Source: Takakia lepidozioides
Taxonomy: Eukaryota > Plantae > Bryophyta
DNA length: 64,000 nt
Direction: 5' to 3'
Assembly (NCBI GenBank): GCA_030704615.1
Contig: CM060733.1
Coordinates: 50,158,001-50,222,000, forward strand
Shown: one piece after another, positions 45,861 to 58,768 of the stretch
Layout: each line of letters starts with the position of its first letter
Numbering within the stretch: the stretch's first letter is position 1
The notes under the pieces: model-generated
What the model was told of the DNA's origin: nothing
What the model saw: only the letters and a program-made list of their open reading frames with translations
Database searches by the model: none
Program-made: the position numbers and the translations under genes

Positions 45861-47530
45861 CATCGTCAAAGCTGGAATTGTACCAGATGTCATCCTGAAC
45901 ACTGCCTTGGTGGACATGTATGCGATGTGGGTGCATCGAGGATGCAAATGGAGTATGGCTGAACGTGATGTGGTGTCGTTGAGTGTGATGATTGCAAGAT
46001 ATGCACAGCAAGGGTGCGGGATGGAGGCTTTGGAGACCTATGAGCAAATGATGTGCGAAGGGGTGAAAACCAAGAACATCACGTTTGTTTGTGTTTGCAA
46101 TGCGTGTGAAAGCCTGGGAGCTCTGGAAAAGGGGAAAAAGGTCCATGGTGACATCGTCAAAGCTTGAATTGTTCCAGATGTCATCCTGAACACTGCCCTG
46201 GTGGACATGTATGCCAAATGTGGGTGCATTAAGGATGCGAATGGAGTTAATTTCAGCATTATGGCTGAACGAGATGTGGTGTCGTGGAACGCGATGCTTG
46301 CAGGGGTATGCACAGCAGGGGCGCGGGATGGAGGCTTTGGAGCTCTATTCCAGAGTTTATTGAGCCTGTCACAGGCTGTCATTGTCAGCTGCTAGCAGCA
46401 AGGCAAGGATGTATGCATGATTTGTGCAGAGGCATGGATAGTTGAAGGAGCAGGGATAGAGTGTGGGTCCAGATTCATCCAAGGGGACCGGACTTCAAGC
46501 TCCAGATTACCTATGATTCTCTGTGGATCAATAGCTACAAGTAACCTGCATGGGTAGATGGTCAACTAAAGGCATGTATGTTTGCATTTGCAGTGCGTGT
46601 GCTAGCCTGGCAGCCCTGGAAAAGGGGAAAGAGGCCCATGGTGACATCGTCAAATCTGGAATTGTACCAGATGTCATTCTGAACACTGCCCAACGCGATG
46701 CTTGCAGGGTATGCACAGCAGTGGCGCCGGATGGAGGCTTTGGAGACCTATGAGCAAATGATGTGCAAAGGGGTGAGGGCAACCACATCACGTTTGTTTG
46801 TGATTCCAATGCTTGTGCAAGCCTGGCAGCCCTGGAAAAGGGCAAGAGGTGCGTGGTTGTATCGCAAAAGCTGGAATTGTACCAGATGTGATTCTGTACG
46901 ATATCCTCGTGGGAATGTATGCCAAATTTGGGTGCATTGAGGATGCAAACCAAAGGAACTTATGTGTATTCTGCGAAGGGGTGAAGCTCAACCACATCAC
47001 CGTAATTTGTATGTGCAAGCTTGGGAGCCCTGGAAAAGGGGAAAGAGGTCCATGGTGACATCGTCAAAGCTGGAATTGTACCCAATGTTATTCTTAACAA
47101 TGCCCTCATGGACATGTATGCCAAATGTGGGAGCATCAAGGATGCGAAGGCAGTGTTCCACTATAATGCTGAATGAAATGTGATGTCGTGGAACGCGTTG
47201 CTTGCAGGGTAGGACGTGGGATGGAGGTTTCGGAGACCTATGAGCAAATTATGGGGGAAGGGGTGAAGCCTCGCCACATCATGTTTGTGTGCATTTGCAA
47301 TGCTTGTGCAAATCCTGGCAGCCTTGGAAATGAGTGAAGGGGTGCATGGTTGCATCGCAAAAGCAGGAGTTGGTGAGAAGAATGATGAAGGTCAGAAGGG
47401 TTAGAAAGGAGGTAGGTCACTGCTGCATTGAGATTTGCAACAAAAGTGCACACCTTCGCTGTAGATGGCATCCCAGAATTAAGGAAATCCATGCTGAGCT
47501 GAGAAGATTGTCTGGGCAGATGAAGTGCCT
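45861..47530 (+). pseudogene. Further PPR fragments ending in a truncated E+/PG-box region
   Basis: PLS motifs with deletions; VRRMMKVRRVRKEVGHCCIEICN...HPRIKEIHAELRRLSGQMK. Confidence 0.85.
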
Positions 47531-48782
47531 TCAAAACATTTCACCCTGTTTTCCCCTCTTATTGAAATCTGCAAGTTACTGGTTGAGTGAATGAATTATG
47601 CCTGGTAGGTGAACCTCATGTGTATTCTGATGCCTGTGCCAGTCTTTGAGCACTGAAAAAGTGGAAATGGATCTGTACGTATTTGTAAGCCTATACGTTC
47701 TGATGTGGGATTTTCCTGGTTTTATGAAGGGCCATCTCCTATTGGAATTCCTCAATCAGCATAGCTGGGTTTGAATCAAACATAAATGGACTATGCCTTT
47801 CGTCTTCACTAGGTGTTGCTGCCAAAAAAATAACCGATTGTGAGAGGGTCCCTAATCGAATGATGCTTCCAGGTACATTTTCTATTATGCATTTACGGCA
47901 AGAGAAAATATCTTTGTTGTACAGTCAGATTTCATTGATTATGGTCCCTTAGGTCAACACCTAATCCTTGCATAGCAAGCCCCTAGATTACTGGCCAACA
48001 AGTAGTAGCTAAAACTCAAAAGCATAGCATTTGCCTCCTACCATAGCCATGGTTGTCCACTGCCTCTTGAAAATTCTTCTGGCTGCATCATGCTCTACTT
48101 CTACCGACATGTCTGCTAGATAGACGGTTGGACCACCAAAAGAAAACTCATTGGGAGATACTGGTGGGTCCACAGCCAGCCCAAATTTCTCACAGTGCAC
48201 CAAACTCATATCTTCGTATGAGAGGATCTCGAAACTATCCTAAAAGCTCATTCCTGATCTCGCATAAATGTCTGCAAGCTTTTCAGACAATTGAGCGGTG
48301 GCAATAATACACTTTTTAGAATTTTCTGAGATTGTGTATCATGAGTGCAAACTTATGGTTCTAGGGTGGGGCGATGATTCAGGGCAAGAAGGTGTGAAGA
48401 CTGATTATGAATATCAATATCATATCAATTTTATCATCAATTTTATCATTATCAATATTAATATCAACATCATTATCAAGACAAATGATTTTTATCAAAA
48501 ACGTTTGTTTTTATCAACCTGGATTTTTAACAATGATAATTGTTTTTATCAAGACATGAGTTTTATCAAAAACAACTATTTTCATTAAAATTTTATATAC
48601 ATCTGAACAGTTATTATTTATTTTATCAAAACGCGAATGTTATCCCCCTTTTAATACATTTACAGGGCTACAATCCCCCTCATCCTGAAAAAATAAATAA
48701 ATAATAATAATAATATGTCCACCGTCAATATAATTATTTATTTATAATTCATATTTTCAGATGTGTATAGTTCTAAATTAAA

Positions 48783-51700
48783 ATGGAAAAAGAAATTTCT
48801 AATGCCAAGAGACGGGCAAAGTATGCTTTAAATAAAGAGAAATTAAATGATGAGCGTCGGAAAAAATGTAAATCTCAACCGACTCTCGATTTAGACATAA
48901 AAAATGCTAAACGAAGGGAAAAATACAAACTGGAACATCCACCACAAACCACCAAAACAAATCAATACGAGACAAATGCTAAACGCAGGGAAAAATTCAG
49001 AATCGAAAATCCACCACAAACGACCGAAATAGATCCAGACGAGACAAATGCTAAACGCAGGGAAATATTCAGAATCGAAAATCCACCACAAACCTCCGAA
49101 ATAGATCCAGACGAGACAAATGCTAAACGCAGGGAAAAATTCAGAATCGAAAATCCACCACAAACGACCGAAATAGATCCAGACGAGACAAATGCTAAAC
49201 GCAGGGAAAAATTCAGAATCGAAATTCCACCAAAAACCTCCGAAATAGATCCAGACGAGACAAATGCTAAACGCAAGGAAAAATTCAGAATCGAAAATCC
49301 ACAACAAACCACCGAAATAGATCCAGACGAGACAAATGCTAAACGCAGGCAAAAATTCAGAATCGAAAATCCACCACAAACCACGGAAATAGATCCAGAC
49401 GAAACAAATGTGAAACGAAGGGCAAAATATGCATTCCAAAAAAACCAAGATCCATTGATCAAAAATAAAATATGTGCAGCACAAATTCAGAAATATATTA
49501 CACACGAAAATGAAGAAAAGGAAAAACTCAAAAGAAAAAGAGAACAAATGTATTGCACTCTTGCAAAAAAACCAAAGAATGATCATGAGTTCCCACCAGA
49601 AATATGCCTGGAGAATAACTTGTTTTGTTTATCCAACTTCAACGAATACATTAGTAATGCGACTTTCACAAATCTATATTGTTGTGTTTGCAGCAGAGAC
49701 ATAGTAACCTCTAACATGTTGAAATGGAGAATCGATGAATTACACAGTGAGATCTTAAAACACATGAAGAAATGGCTCAGCTTACACGTAGAAAACCACT
49801 TTGAAGAACATATTCTCCTACAAGAGGTTCCCCAAGAATTGATCAATGACACAAAACATCAGCTGGACGAATTAAATGGGTTGTTATTGGACAAACGAGG
49901 AGTATCAAATAATGCACACACCATCTTCATTTGTAAAAACTGCAGTTCCACCTTGAAAAAGAACAAGATGCCAAAATTTGCACTCGCTAACGGTTTGTGG
50001 TTCGGAAAAGTTCACGACATTTTGCCAAAATTAACCATGGTTGAAGAAGCGTTAATAGCAAGATACCGTTGTCGTGTGATGTTGTTCAAATTACGTTATG
50101 TAAATAAGGGCGGAAAGGGGCAACGCGCATTGAAAGGAAATTTGGTGAGTTTTACTCAAAATCCAGGTCGTGCGGTCGAATTGCTAAACAAATTGCCACC
50201 ACCCTTAGATTCATTATCCGATATTGTTGCCGTCCACTTCGTCGGCACTTCACATCCACCCATTAACGTCGTGAAAACATGTAATTTACTATACGTACGT
50301 AGACTTGCAGTGACGACATGGTTAACATGGCTGAAAAATAATCACACGGGTTACAAAGACATTCAAATTGATAACGACATATTGGATGGACTACCAGAGA
50401 ACGATATTCCACCATCAATCTTGAGATCGGTGTTTGAATCCACGGACATTGACTTCGCCAACGCTGAACATCGTACCAACATAACGGATTTGCACAACAA
50501 AAAAACACCAATAAACAAAGATGATGCTACGATCCAGCCCGTCATAGACACGTCCGGACTCATCGATTTTGACGGAATTGACATAAAGCACAACGACCTA
50601 ATCTCCAACGCTTTAAATGGATTGCAACTACAACAAAATATGTATTTGTCATACACGCATGAAACCAAAATGGTGAACGAATACGCAAACCCAAAATTGA
50701 TCGCGTGTATGTTTCCAACGTTATTTCCGTTTGGAATCGGCGTAACCGAAATGAAAAACCGTCCAATTAAAGTAACTTTGGAGGCCCACGTTGAGTATTT
50801 GATGAGTTTGACCGATATCCATCACGACTTTTCGAAACACCACTTGTTTCCATTCTTCATGTTCAATTTGATGCAACGTAGACAAATATGCCTGGGCGCA
50901 AAATTGACATTGTCGAGATCGGCATTTCAAAGTGAAGCACAACTCCTTGACAATATCCGTTCAGAAGACTTCAACGACATAATAGACGACGTGAAATCAA
51001 TAAACAACAAACCGAAAATACAAAAGTTATTGCGACACTTGAAAGTATCAAGTAAACACGTGATGGCATCTGGAAGCAGTCGAGCAACACAGAGAAACGA
51101 AATATTTAGCATGATGCAGCAGTTGGGAACACCAAGTTTATTCTTCACTTTGAATCCAGCATTCGTACATCATCCTCTAGTGTCTCTACTAAGTGGGAAC
51201 GACATCAATCTCGACATTTTTTTCGACGACAACCTCCCGGACCACAATGAAAGACGTGTAATTGCCACTACGAATCCGAGATCTCAAGCTAAATTTGTAC
51301 ACATCATCGTGAATGCAATTTTTAAATACCTACTCCGTGTCAGAGAGACTGCCAAAACTACCACAACAAATACATGAGTACTTGGAAACATAAACGCATA
51401 TTACGGTTGTTATGAAACCGCGAAAAATGGTTCACTTCACATACACACATTGTTGTGGCTAGAAAATGCCCCAAATCCAAACGACCTCGTACAAAAACTA
51501 AAAGATGACGAAGAATTCAAACGAAAAATGCTGGCATATTTGGACAACATCATAGTACGCGACTTGATCCAATTCACATCCGAAATACCAATCGACGACG
51601 ATATACCCACCAATACCACTGACTCCGAGAACAAAGAAAACAATGTAAACACCGAAATCCATCCGTGCACTACTAGATCTCCCGATGTTCACTCTAAAAA

Positions 51701-54700
51701 ATTTTATGCTCACTTTGCGCGCGACGTTTCAAAATTGCTGAATGTATGCAATCGCCACGTCTGCAATCCTGCGTGTTACAAAACCAACGAAGACGTTTTC
51801 AAAAAGAATTGTAGATACGGATTTCCCGCTGTCTTAGTTGAAAAAACGCATTTCGACGACGAAACCGGGCTGCTGCATATAAAACAAACCGACAGATGGT
51901 TGAACAACGCAAATATATGGATGTTAGTATTAGGAAGATGCAACCACGATTTGAAATTCATCGGTGCTTCAGGGAAAGACGCAAAGGCTCTAATATACTA
52001 CATCACGGATTACATCACAAAATCTTCCGTCTACACATCACACATGTATTCGCTTTTGCAAATAGCCGTAAAAAAGATCAAAACGACTTATGACGATCTA
52101 TATTCCGAATATTCAGTTGAGAAAAGCCGCAAATTGCTAATTCGATGTTTAAACACGATCGGATCGCAACAAGAAATCTCGGCGACAAGGGCAGTCAGTT
52201 ACCTTATGAAATATCCAGACCATTTGACAGACCACCAATTTGCATATTTGCCATGGTATAGTTTATCAGCATGGATTCGCGAACAAGAAAAATCTCAATC
52301 GAACAAAGATGGAAACAACGATCTGAACAGCACACCTGACGATAACGACCCCGAAAACACCTTCGAAACATTCAAAGTTGAAAGATCCAAACAGAACGAC
52401 AAGTTGATTATGTATAATTTTCGCATCGACTACCAAAGCAGGCCACACAAGTTCAAGGAAATGTCACCTTACGAGTTCTGCAGTAAATCGTGCAAAGTGA
52501 GAAGCCCGTACTACTACAAATTCATGCATGAACATCCGCAAAGTGACACCCACAGTGTATATGAATCTCAAGTAACCAAAGTGCCAATAATACAAGGCTA
52601 CAAAATACCTTCGAAAAAAAATGATGCGGCAACGCACGCTCGCGCTATTTGTATTCTGTTCATGCCATGGAGATCTATCCACGACTTAAAGCCAAGATCG
52701 CAACAAAGTTGGGAAGACGCTCTCGACGAATTATATCCAATATGTTCGGAATTCAACAGCAAAATCATCGCAAATATCGGCATGCTACATGAATGCAAAG
52801 AATCACGAGACTCCGACAGACTGTTACTGAAGAACGAAAATCCAAACGATGACGAGAACCCAGAAGACATCAACATCGACCCCTTATACAATGAGATGCC
52901 AGACGAAATGCACGGAGACGATGACGATGATATATATGTGGACGAGAATTCAGCGTCGAAACATACAGAAGACATAGTCACAATGGCCAGAAGTTACAAA
53001 TCGAATATCTTATGTGCAATACAAGCGAAAACAATTACGTGGCCGAAATTATCAACAAGCTTGTTACAGATGCCAACGGGAAAATATCACCACAACCCCA
53101 TACCGCACCAAAAATAGGAATGGTCCAAACTGCATCCAAAAAATCAAATAGAACCCAGATCAATAAATGGTTGAAAACATTACGCGAATCCAAAAATCCA
53201 CTCGTTGGCATTGACAACGAATTGTACGAGTTCGCAAATCCAAATCAGTCATCTAAAAATGATAAACTTCACCACAAAAATCCAGAATTAAGGGAGATTT
53301 CAAAAAACAAACCAATGGACATCCCAGATGACAACAATTACGATGTAGATCCCGATATCGTACACAATGCAGATCAACATCAAATAGCTAAATATTTTGT
53401 CATGAAAAAATACAAGCTCAACACTTCGCAGGAATCAGCATTTGAACGTTTCATAGACCCACAAAATCACCATCTCGATGTAAGGAAACAAACGTTAATG
53501 TACGTTGGAGGTGCTGCCGGAACGGGAAAGACCGAAATAATTAAAGCAATGCAAACGTACTTCATAAAAACCAACAGACCAAAAATCCTGAAAATCGGTG
53601 CTTACACAGCCAACGCCGCAACCCTCATAGGGGGATCAACCATCCACACTTTATTGGGACTCAAAATCAGCCAGAGCATCAATGAATCCGACACAAAAAG
53701 TTTCATAAACGAATGGTCGGGAACTAACTATTTGATTATAGACGAAGTATCTATGGTCGGATGCAACATGATCGCTGATATTCATCTGAAATTACAAAAA
53801 TTCAAATCAAACATGTTACCATTCGGAGGACTCAACATAATGTTCATGGGCGATTTCATGCAGTTCCCACCAGTCACCGACGCGCCTCTCTACTCAACGA
53901 ACATACAGCCCATATTCACATTCACAAAATACACACAAAAAAAGATTATAGGCAAAAGCCTATGGGAAAATTACATACGCCCTAACACAATCATATTGAC
54001 CCAGCAAATGAGACAAGTCCACGATGTACAATATGCAAAATTGCTACAGAATCTACGCGAAGACAACTTTACCCAAACGGATTTCAAATTATTACAGACA
54101 AGATTCATGTCGAATCTGAAAGTCAACCTGCTCAACGAACCTTGGGATAAAGCAACGTACATCGTACCTCGTAACCAGTTAAAGAACGCCATCAATCACC
54201 AAATGATAGAATATTACACACGTAAATCTAACCACGCATTCTACACCATAGTGGCGACAGACACCTACAAAAAGCACGCACTCCACGACGAGATCCAATT
54301 CACAATCCGACAGACCGTACCCAGGAATAGAAGCCACAATCTTCTTCCATTTTTGAGATTATACAAAGGAATGACAGTCATGCTCACCGACAATTTGTAT
54401 CCTAGATTGGGGCTTGTAAACGGTGCAGTTGGACAAATAGTGGGGATCTCAACAACAGATGACGATTGGATCGTACGGGAAGATAACTTAATGCACCCGC
54501 CACATCACGTATTAATCGACTTCAGCGAATTCATCAGTCAACATCAAACATTGAGCAACGTAAATTTAGAAAATCTTCCAGAAAACGTAGTGCCGATTAC
54601 ACCCGTTTCAAGAACGTTCGATTATCACCACACGGAGGATGAACAGAAAAAACCAAAGAAATTCAAAATCAACAGACACCAATTGCCTTTGATACCCGCC

Positions 54701-55783
54701 TATTGCCTAACCGACTACAAATGTCAAGGCAAAACTTTCGACAAAATAGTCATCGACTTACAAAAACCACCAGATGGACACCCGTTGAACATGCACAACA
54801 TCTACGTCACACTGTCTCGTTTGCGTTCCCTACAAGGGCTAATAATACTTCGAGACATCAAGTTTGAAGACATCCAAGCAGCCAAATTCAAGACAGGCTC
54901 ACTGCAGTTCATAACTCCACAAACCGATTGTAATGTCCAAAAACAAAAATCATACAAGACCACGGAACACATCAACACAGTGAATACCAACCCTGCCATC
55001 AAAACGCCACATCCACATCCACATCCAATCCAACCGAGACATGTGTCCAAAAAAATACAAGTGACAAACGATTCTGAAGCCAAACATCCCACACCAATAG
55101 AACCAAATGAAAACCAAACTTGCTCAGAATTATCTCCCACACCGGTCGAAATCATAGAAATCGACTCCGAAGACAAACAATCCAACATAGAACACGCACA
55201 TATACATCAATAAACATATTGGCACGAAGATCTTATATTGACGATGCACGACGAACAAATCCTGTTGGATGATAACGGATGGTTGTGTGACCAGCATTTG
55301 GCGGCTGGGATGCAAATACTATTTGATCAGGAACTGGAAACACAAAACTACCAGCAACATGCGTATTCGACTCTATTGGGCAGAACAAAATACACCAAGA
55401 AATGTCTGCAGCACGTGTTCGTGAACAACAATCATTGGATTTTAACCATGATAAACCCGAACGGAACGAATCATCAATGTACAGTGTTTGATTCCAGCAT
55501 GCCCGCGGATAAGAAGCTACCGAGCGAAATAGAACAACATCTACAAAAAATAATCCCAGTCCCACAATTCAATTATTTCTATGCAGATGTCATGCAACAA
55601 AGTGACAGTTCATCTTGTGGCGTATTTACGATAGCTTATGCCACGGATATAGCATTCGGATTAGATCCCGCAGATTCACGATACGCAACATCCGCCATGA
55701 GAACCCACTTGAGAGATTGCATAAACAATCGAAGAATCGATCCATTTCCAAAACAACATTCACAATACGAAGACCCGATATGA
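48783..55783 (+). pseudogene. Helitron Rep-helicase with C-terminal Ulp1/C48-like protease; originally one ORF of about 2330 aa, now with two in-frame stops and one frameshift
   Basis: PKFALANGLWFG...EEALIARY...ALKGN; MFPTLFPFG; LFFTLNP; AYYGCYE...GSLHIH (HUH); YITDYITK; PIF1 GAAGTGKT, IIDEVS, GDFMQFPPV, TDYKCQGKT, YVTLSR; protease NHWIL, FDS, QQSDSSSCGVF. Stops at 51375 and 55211 are followed by the same frame; frameshift near 53000. Confidence 0.92.
48901..49420 (+). repeat. About seven coding 72-bp repeats (NAKRREKFRIENPPQTTEIDPDET) at the RepHel N-terminus
   Basis: Units start at 48975, 49047 and so on, 72 bp apart. Confidence 0.95.
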
Positions 55784-57768
55784 CGTGACATTTGTTCTTA
55801 TCTTTCCACCTCAGTGGATTTCTCGATTTTTTGGGTGCATTTTCTTTTTTTGGGCTGGGGGTATTAAATGTTAATAGCACTTCCAAATATCACTTCCAAA
55901 TATCACTTCAATTTAGTGATAAACACGTCTCAATTCACTAAAACTTCATAATAATATTGATTTAGATTTTTGTCTCTCGTCTATATTTAATAATTAAAAA
56001 TATATATATTATTGAATTACTATTACCGATCTTCCCTCGCCCTCATTTTAAAGGTGACCCTAAACAAAGTACACAATTAAATTTGGAGCATTTTTGAAAA
56101 ATATGCCTAAAACTTGGAAAATTTTCCTGAATAGTGCCTAATAGTCCAAAAATTTGACAAATACCAAAATTTCCAAATATGTGGAAACAATGCATAAATT
56201 ATATTATTTAAAATCCAAATAAATGAAAACAAAACATACCATTTTACATGTCCACACAACATCCAAAGGGCCTTATATTTGGAAATAACCTAGGCGATGT
56301 GCCTAAATAATAAAAATGGATTTGCCTAAAAATATTCCATTTTTATTAATTATTATTGGTGGAAGTGCCTAATAAGCTAGGTAAGTACGGTAGTTTATGG
56401 CTGTGTGAGGGATGTGATCATATCTAGGGATTTAATTTTAGTTGAAACAAAAAAGAGGTAATATCGGAATTCCCGGTCAGAGTTCTTATACCAGTCATCT
56501 GCCATGAGAATAATAACTATAACTTCTCTAACTCCTTGAACTGTCTAAAAACTTCTTGAACTGCTTTAAACCGTCACTCCTTGATGTCATTCCTTGAACG
56601 CAGAGAGAAAAACAGTTGATTTATGTAGGTACGCTCGCGTGGGAGTAGTGAATGTGCAGAAGGAGAGAGAGAGTAGTGAACACACAGGGAAAGAGAGAGA
56701 GAAATAAACAAGTGGGGAAGAGGACTAGTCAACGCAGAGAGAGAGAGAGAAATAAACGCGTGGGAGAGAAAGATTGATTTGAGAGAGAGAAATAAACAGG
56801 TGGGGAGATGGAGTAGTCAACGCACATGGAGATTGCTGGGTAGGTCACACACAGCAGATTGATCCTTGTGAAGGGTTTTCTAGAAGACATCTGGAAAGCC
56901 TGAATAATTGTTTATACCAAGGTAAGTCCAGTAGAGGATTGAGCCTCACAAAGGCAATGTGATCCATTCCCTCTTGTTCCACGCAAACTAGGTGCAGGTC
57001 TATGGTCACAAGGCTATCATAAACTATGTTTTGATGAGTTCTCTCTCTCAATATGCGTTTGTTTGCATCCCTGTACGATAAATGCTACTGAGTACAATTT
57101 GTCAGAACATCTGTTGTGAAACAAGGGGCAGTGTTTTGGCAGTGCTTGTAAGTGCTGCATGCCTGCAATAACCTGGCTTGGAAACCGAGTTTGGCTAGTC
57201 TAGGCCTTGAGGGTCACAAGGAGGATATAGTATGGACTCCTCCCCATTTCAGTCTATTTGATAGTCTGTTTCCTCTCCGTTTGTTTGAAGGAAGACGTCA
57301 GGAGTTCAATAAGCAGCAAAATATTGCAGCTAGCATTCTTGATCATGCCAACTTTAGGTGGATGTAGATGAGTTGTCTGAAAGTTAATGCATTCTCTTCC
57401 TACTCAGTAACTAAGGCTGCTGTCTATGGATCTCAATCTTAGATTCATTCCATTTCCCTATTATTCATGACATTGATATGAGAATAAGCCTGGTGATGGT
57501 TCCAGAGTTCACTTTGTCACAACGAAGAAAGAGTCTGGCAGATAATCCATCTTCTGTAGTGAAGGACCATTTTCAGTCTACAGGGTAATGGTTTTTGTTT
57601 CTGCAGGAAATGCTTCCCTGTTGTGTTTGCTCAATCCCTCCTGTCCACAAGTTGGTGACTCTCACCAAATGAAATCATCACAAATCAGATGTTTTTTCTT
57701 CTAGTATTCAGCAACCCTGACCATGTCAAAAGACTCTTGATGTCCTATGCAGTCCATGGGAAAGGTGG

Positions 57769-58768
57769 CAGATACCGGTGAAGTGCGGCTGCGGAGAGTG
57801 TGAAGAGTGGGCTATGGTGGAGCTCCAGGGGTCTCTAGAAATCCAGCATGCTGCCAGCCCGCACAATCTGACCATCGGGTCTCTGTGTTTTACGTCTGAG
57901 GTATGCTTTCATTTTTTCTTTATTCATTTTCGCTACGTGTTCACATCAGTTTTGACAGTGAGCCTCCATGCTATGGTTTGTCTCGAGGAGACACCAAATT
58001 TTAGACTGTGTCCTGGCTACATTAGTGGCTCATGCAATATCCAGGGTTCGATGCATCTAATCCAGGTTTGCTGGACACAGCAGATGGGTGTACTGTTCAG
58101 TCCCTTGGCCTAACTTGCTTGTGGAAAAGTTAATAACATACATAAAGCATTCTTAAATTTCTCATCGCAGAATAATGGGAGGACTTAGCCCTGGTGTAAA
58201 TTCTCCAGATGCATAACTTGTGTGAAGTTGCCACATTTGGAGCTTTCGAAATAGAAATTTCAGAGTCATATTCCTCTATCACATTAAAAGTGCTCCTTTG
58301 GTCAGCCATCAAAAGCTGGGGCTGCAGAATCTTAGTGAGCAGTTATGAGGGTTGGCAACCAAATGTACCAGCCCAGGCAGTTTGTGGAAGCTTGTGTACC
58401 TGATAACAAAGATCTGTCTATTAGCCATTTGGAAACATGAATGACTTGAAAAACTCGGAGCAGAAATTTCATGCCTACATTATTCTTTGAAAGAAACTGG
58501 GAAATGCTCGAGCAAACTTCTGTATTTTGAGGCATTATGTACTGTTGCTCACAGAAAAAATATAAATTTGTCATTGGCTACCATGAGCTGGAGGGCACAA
58601 AAGTTCCACTGAAGAAGCCACTAGTGATTCTCAAAAAGCTGAAGCCCTCCCATGTCATGGACTTTGATTCACCGGTCAAGGCAGCTCCTGTTAATGTGGG
58701 AATGCAAGTTGTGGGCATTATTCGGCACAAGCTCCCCTTCAAGACCAGACCCAAGGCTCTTATATCTA
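57769..58768 (+). pseudogene. CTF8: CTF8 (chromosome transmission fidelity 8) homologue, two exons, no in-frame ATG
   Basis: QIPVKCGCGECEEWAMVELQG...IGSLC / intron 57901-58554 / IGYHELEGTKVPLKKPLVILKK...VVGIIRHKLPFKTRPKALIS. The codon before Q is TGG. Confidence 0.85.

Noticed and set aside
47990-48400. Possible degenerate coding fragment on the minus strand
   Set aside because: Multiple stops and no motif I can assign.
48891-49586. Hydrophobic repeat proteins on the minus strand
   Set aside because: Antisense shadow of the 72-bp RepHel repeats.
56600-56830. GA-rich repeats with GTCAACGCA resembling the MULE-2 palindrome core
   Set aside because: Only a 9-bp match without palindromic arms; compatible with chance.
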